This document shows, in pieces, positions 44,673-45,036 of a stretch of DNA of 45,036 bases. Position 1 is the stretch's first letter; each line of letters opens with the position of its first letter. Source of the DNA: a virus (taxonomy: Duplodnaviria; Caudoviricetes). Under the pieces are notes generated by a model. The model ran no database searches, was not told the origin of the DNA, and saw only the letters and a list, made by a program, of their open reading frames with translations. The position numbers and the translations under genes are program-made. The stretch covers positions 1 to 45,036 of the IMG/VR virus record IMGVR_UViG_3300032221_000187; one strand, written 5' to 3'.

Positions 44673-44703
44673 ATATTCATTACTCTAGCACTAGCCTATT
44701 TGG

Positions 44704-44901
44704 CTATCGTTCAAAGAACGCCCTACGCGTATGCGGTACAGGCTGACCATTGACGACGTCATGGGTAAAGCCATTTATCCAGCCTTCAACATGTGAGAGG
44801 CCAGGATAGTGCGCGAGGTTAAGGGGTAGTTCTTCCTCGCTACAATCCAGCTGCAAAATAACTTCGCCAGTGTCAGGCTTATAAAGCGTGTAGTGTGGCA
44901 T
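44704..44901 (-). CDS. Small tail-associated protein
   Basis: YTLYKPDTGEV...VVNGQPV; TAATG-coupled to the upstream gene. Confidence 0.55.
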   Translation of the reverse strand: MPHYTLYKPDTGEVILQLDCSEEELPLNLAHYPGLSHVEGWINGFTHDVVNGQPVPHTRRAFFER

Positions 44902-45036
44902 TAGCGCATAGCTCCGTGAACGACGAGCGAGACATTGCCTATCTCGATATTTTGACCAGTTGGGCAGGATGGGCCGAGAAGAAGCGCAAAATCGTGATTG
45001 CCAGCAGGGAGCGTTCTCTCGCAGCTGATAGCGTTC
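44901..45036 (-). CDS. C-terminal end of an upstream (probably tail) gene, partial
   Basis: ...NAISCERTLPAGNHDFALLLGPSCPTGQNIEIGNVSLVVHGAMR-stop, beta-rich, open to the edge. Confidence 0.5.
   Translation of the reverse strand, partial: NAISCERTLPAGNHDFALLLGPSCPTGQNIEIGNVSLVVHGAMR

Noticed and set aside
27568-44688. Numerous plus-strand and alternate-frame ORFs over the virion module
   Set aside because: All overlap long, tightly packed minus-strand genes and lack motifs or ribosome-binding sites.

Overview
About 45 kb of a tailed dsDNA bacteriophage genome, podovirus-like and probably temperate. An alphaproteobacterial host is inferred only weakly. Order: partial portal (minus strand, off the left edge); small and large terminase; a leftward block (DnaA-C-like HTH, wHTH, tyrosine integrase, GIY-YIG endonuclease); a non-coding strand-switch/AT-rich region at 6.1-7.9 kb; many small early genes; a replication module (PolA, PD-(D/E)XK nuclease, VRR-NUC, SNF2 helicase, primase-helicase); and a minus-strand virion module (HNH, giant ejection proteins, GNAT, tail nozzle with carbohydrate-binding repeats, tail fibre genes). 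The standout locus is 14535-16290. A stand-alone Cas7/RAMP-like gene and a wHTH-like partner gene are followed by a non-CRISPR array with an exact 135-bp period. In it, tracts of 13-15 in-phase pentamers (constant DGY, mostly AGC, plus a variable dinucleotide) alternate with a 57-nt double-hairpin repeat. This looks like an RNA-guided system with a non-contiguous guide code. The same hairpin architecture, with covarying stems, sits in the leader of the RAMP gene. Two genome-wide DNA motifs are also visible: an 18-bp palindrome GTTASCT-N4-RGSTAAC and a 13-bp ACSGTNACACGGT. All calls come from reading motifs by eye; no database search was run.
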